From: Octopus sinensis
Taxonomy: Eukaryota
Direction: 5' to 3'
NCBI RefSeq assembly: GCF_006345805.1
Contig: NW_021834319.1
Location: forward strand, 1-50,015
Length of the DNA stretch: 50,015 nt
Below, piece by piece: positions 48,856 to 50,015 of this stretch. Position 1 is the first letter of the stretch, and each line of letters starts with the position of its first letter. The notes below the pieces were generated by a model that did no database searches, had not been told where the DNA came from, and saw only the letters and a list, made by a program, of their open reading frames with translations. The position numbers and the translations under genes were made by a program.

Positions 48856-48858
<3 letters not shown>
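48548..48858 (-). mobile_element. 5'-truncated R4/Dong-like LINE (C-terminal 68 codons plus 3' UTR) in (AAT)n
   Basis: 48858->48652 reads YKDLEIEVTRMWNLKTETIPIIVGALGMIKKYSDKYITKTPGLTNTYNIQKIALLGTAHILRRTLSIQ*. Its 3' UTR differs from the 29680 copy. Confidence 0.85.
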
Positions 48859-48896
<38 letters not shown>

Positions 48897-49363
48897 GAGC
48901 GACAGAACAACACACCATCAAAGTGACGCTGGGGTACAAATATGTGAAGCCCAATATACCCAACAGGATTACCCTCTGATAAGGGTACACCAGGCAAATG
49001 CATCACAACCATATGTGCACGACATAGTGACCTTATATCAAGATAAACAGCGCATGACCTTGAATACGGCTTGTTTAATGATGATGAATGAAATACCCAT
49101 TCTTCCAGGGGTGAATTATTCAATTCCCCTCAACATATGGTTATATTTCACCCCACCCACTACTCTTGCCCGTGATCATAGATGCACTAAGGGACATGTT
49201 CAACTGATTAAGGTCAACCAATAGACAAGTAAATCTGTGGTACTGAGCAGAATATTTGCTGTAGGCTACCTTTTACACCAAGATAAAACAATGTACATGA
49301 TAACACTTCCAATCGGTTATGATCAAACGCCATGAGAGCCACTGCCTGGTATTGCCTCAGGGC
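48897..49363 (-). mobile_element. Second copy of non-coding element X (internally deleted)
   Basis: Reverse complement of 30140-30685 over most of its length, lacking part of the central segment. It is flanked by (AAT)n. Confidence 0.8.
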
Positions 49364-49365
49364 TT

Positions 49366-49426
<61 letters not shown>

Positions 49427-50015
49427 CTAATTTTAATGGCTAAAAATAGTTGAAAACCATCGATCCACTGAAAGTTTATACCAAGTATATGAAATAAATT
49501 TATCGATTAAAAAAAGTAAATAGTTTTTATAATTTTCTATTCAAATTTATAATTATAAAATATTTAATTTTCTCTTTCTTTTAGTTCCTTTGTTTTTGCT
49601 TCTTTTGTTCTTTGCTGCATTAAACTAATTCATTGTTCTCTATAAAACTTATTTCAAGATTCAAAATGTTAATTTAATCTCCGATTAAACATATTGCAAA
49701 AAAAATAAACTCCAAAGAGATCCAGAACTCTAATATGGCTTCATTCCAATTCTTTCCTTAAATTTATTTTTACGTTAAAAAAATGGATTCCAAACCAAAA
49801 TTCAAATAGAAAAAACTGGTTCCTTTCAATTTCTGGTCGGTTGTTTGGTAACGATTGATAAAACTCCAACGAAAGATGAGACATGTTTATAAGTTTTAAT
49901 GATTTTAAATGAAATATCATTTCATGATGAAAGTTTTGCAAAGCTCGACTTTTTTTTTCTAAGGTTTTTGCGCTGAGGTGGGAGAGCAGCGTTTAGGATT
50001 CCTTACAAGGTCTCT

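Overview
This is AT-rich, microsatellite-saturated animal genomic DNA. The SINE families, the repeat landscape and a mollusc-type 5.8S fragment suggest a coleoid cephalopod such as Octopus (inference). No host protein-coding gene could be supported, and almost all long ORFs in the track are translations of microsatellites. The window is a transposon graveyard. It holds a Penelope-like RT/GIY-YIG remnant, two RTE-clade LINE fragments, three R4/Dong-like 3' fragments in (AAT)n tracts, and a near full-length CR1-clade LINE whose intact ORF1 has an unusual Myb/SANT-like + polyQ + 2x CCCH layout. It also holds a mariner-type MITE, a non-autonomous Helitron, many tRNA-derived SINEs and a 2.7 kb (CATA)n array. 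Four observations stand out. (1) Three unrelated long inverted repeats each carry type I hammerhead ribozyme motifs that face outward from the symmetry centre. (2) A 5.8S-rRNA-derived head is fused to an RTE-like non-coding body with a (TATG)n tail. (3) The R4/Dong-like fragments all start at the same KY codon, and two of the three sit next to copies of an unexplained ~550 bp (AAT)n-associated non-coding element. (4) The CR1 ORF1 domain combination is unusual. All calls are by eye and from recalled family motifs; no searches or folding programs were run.
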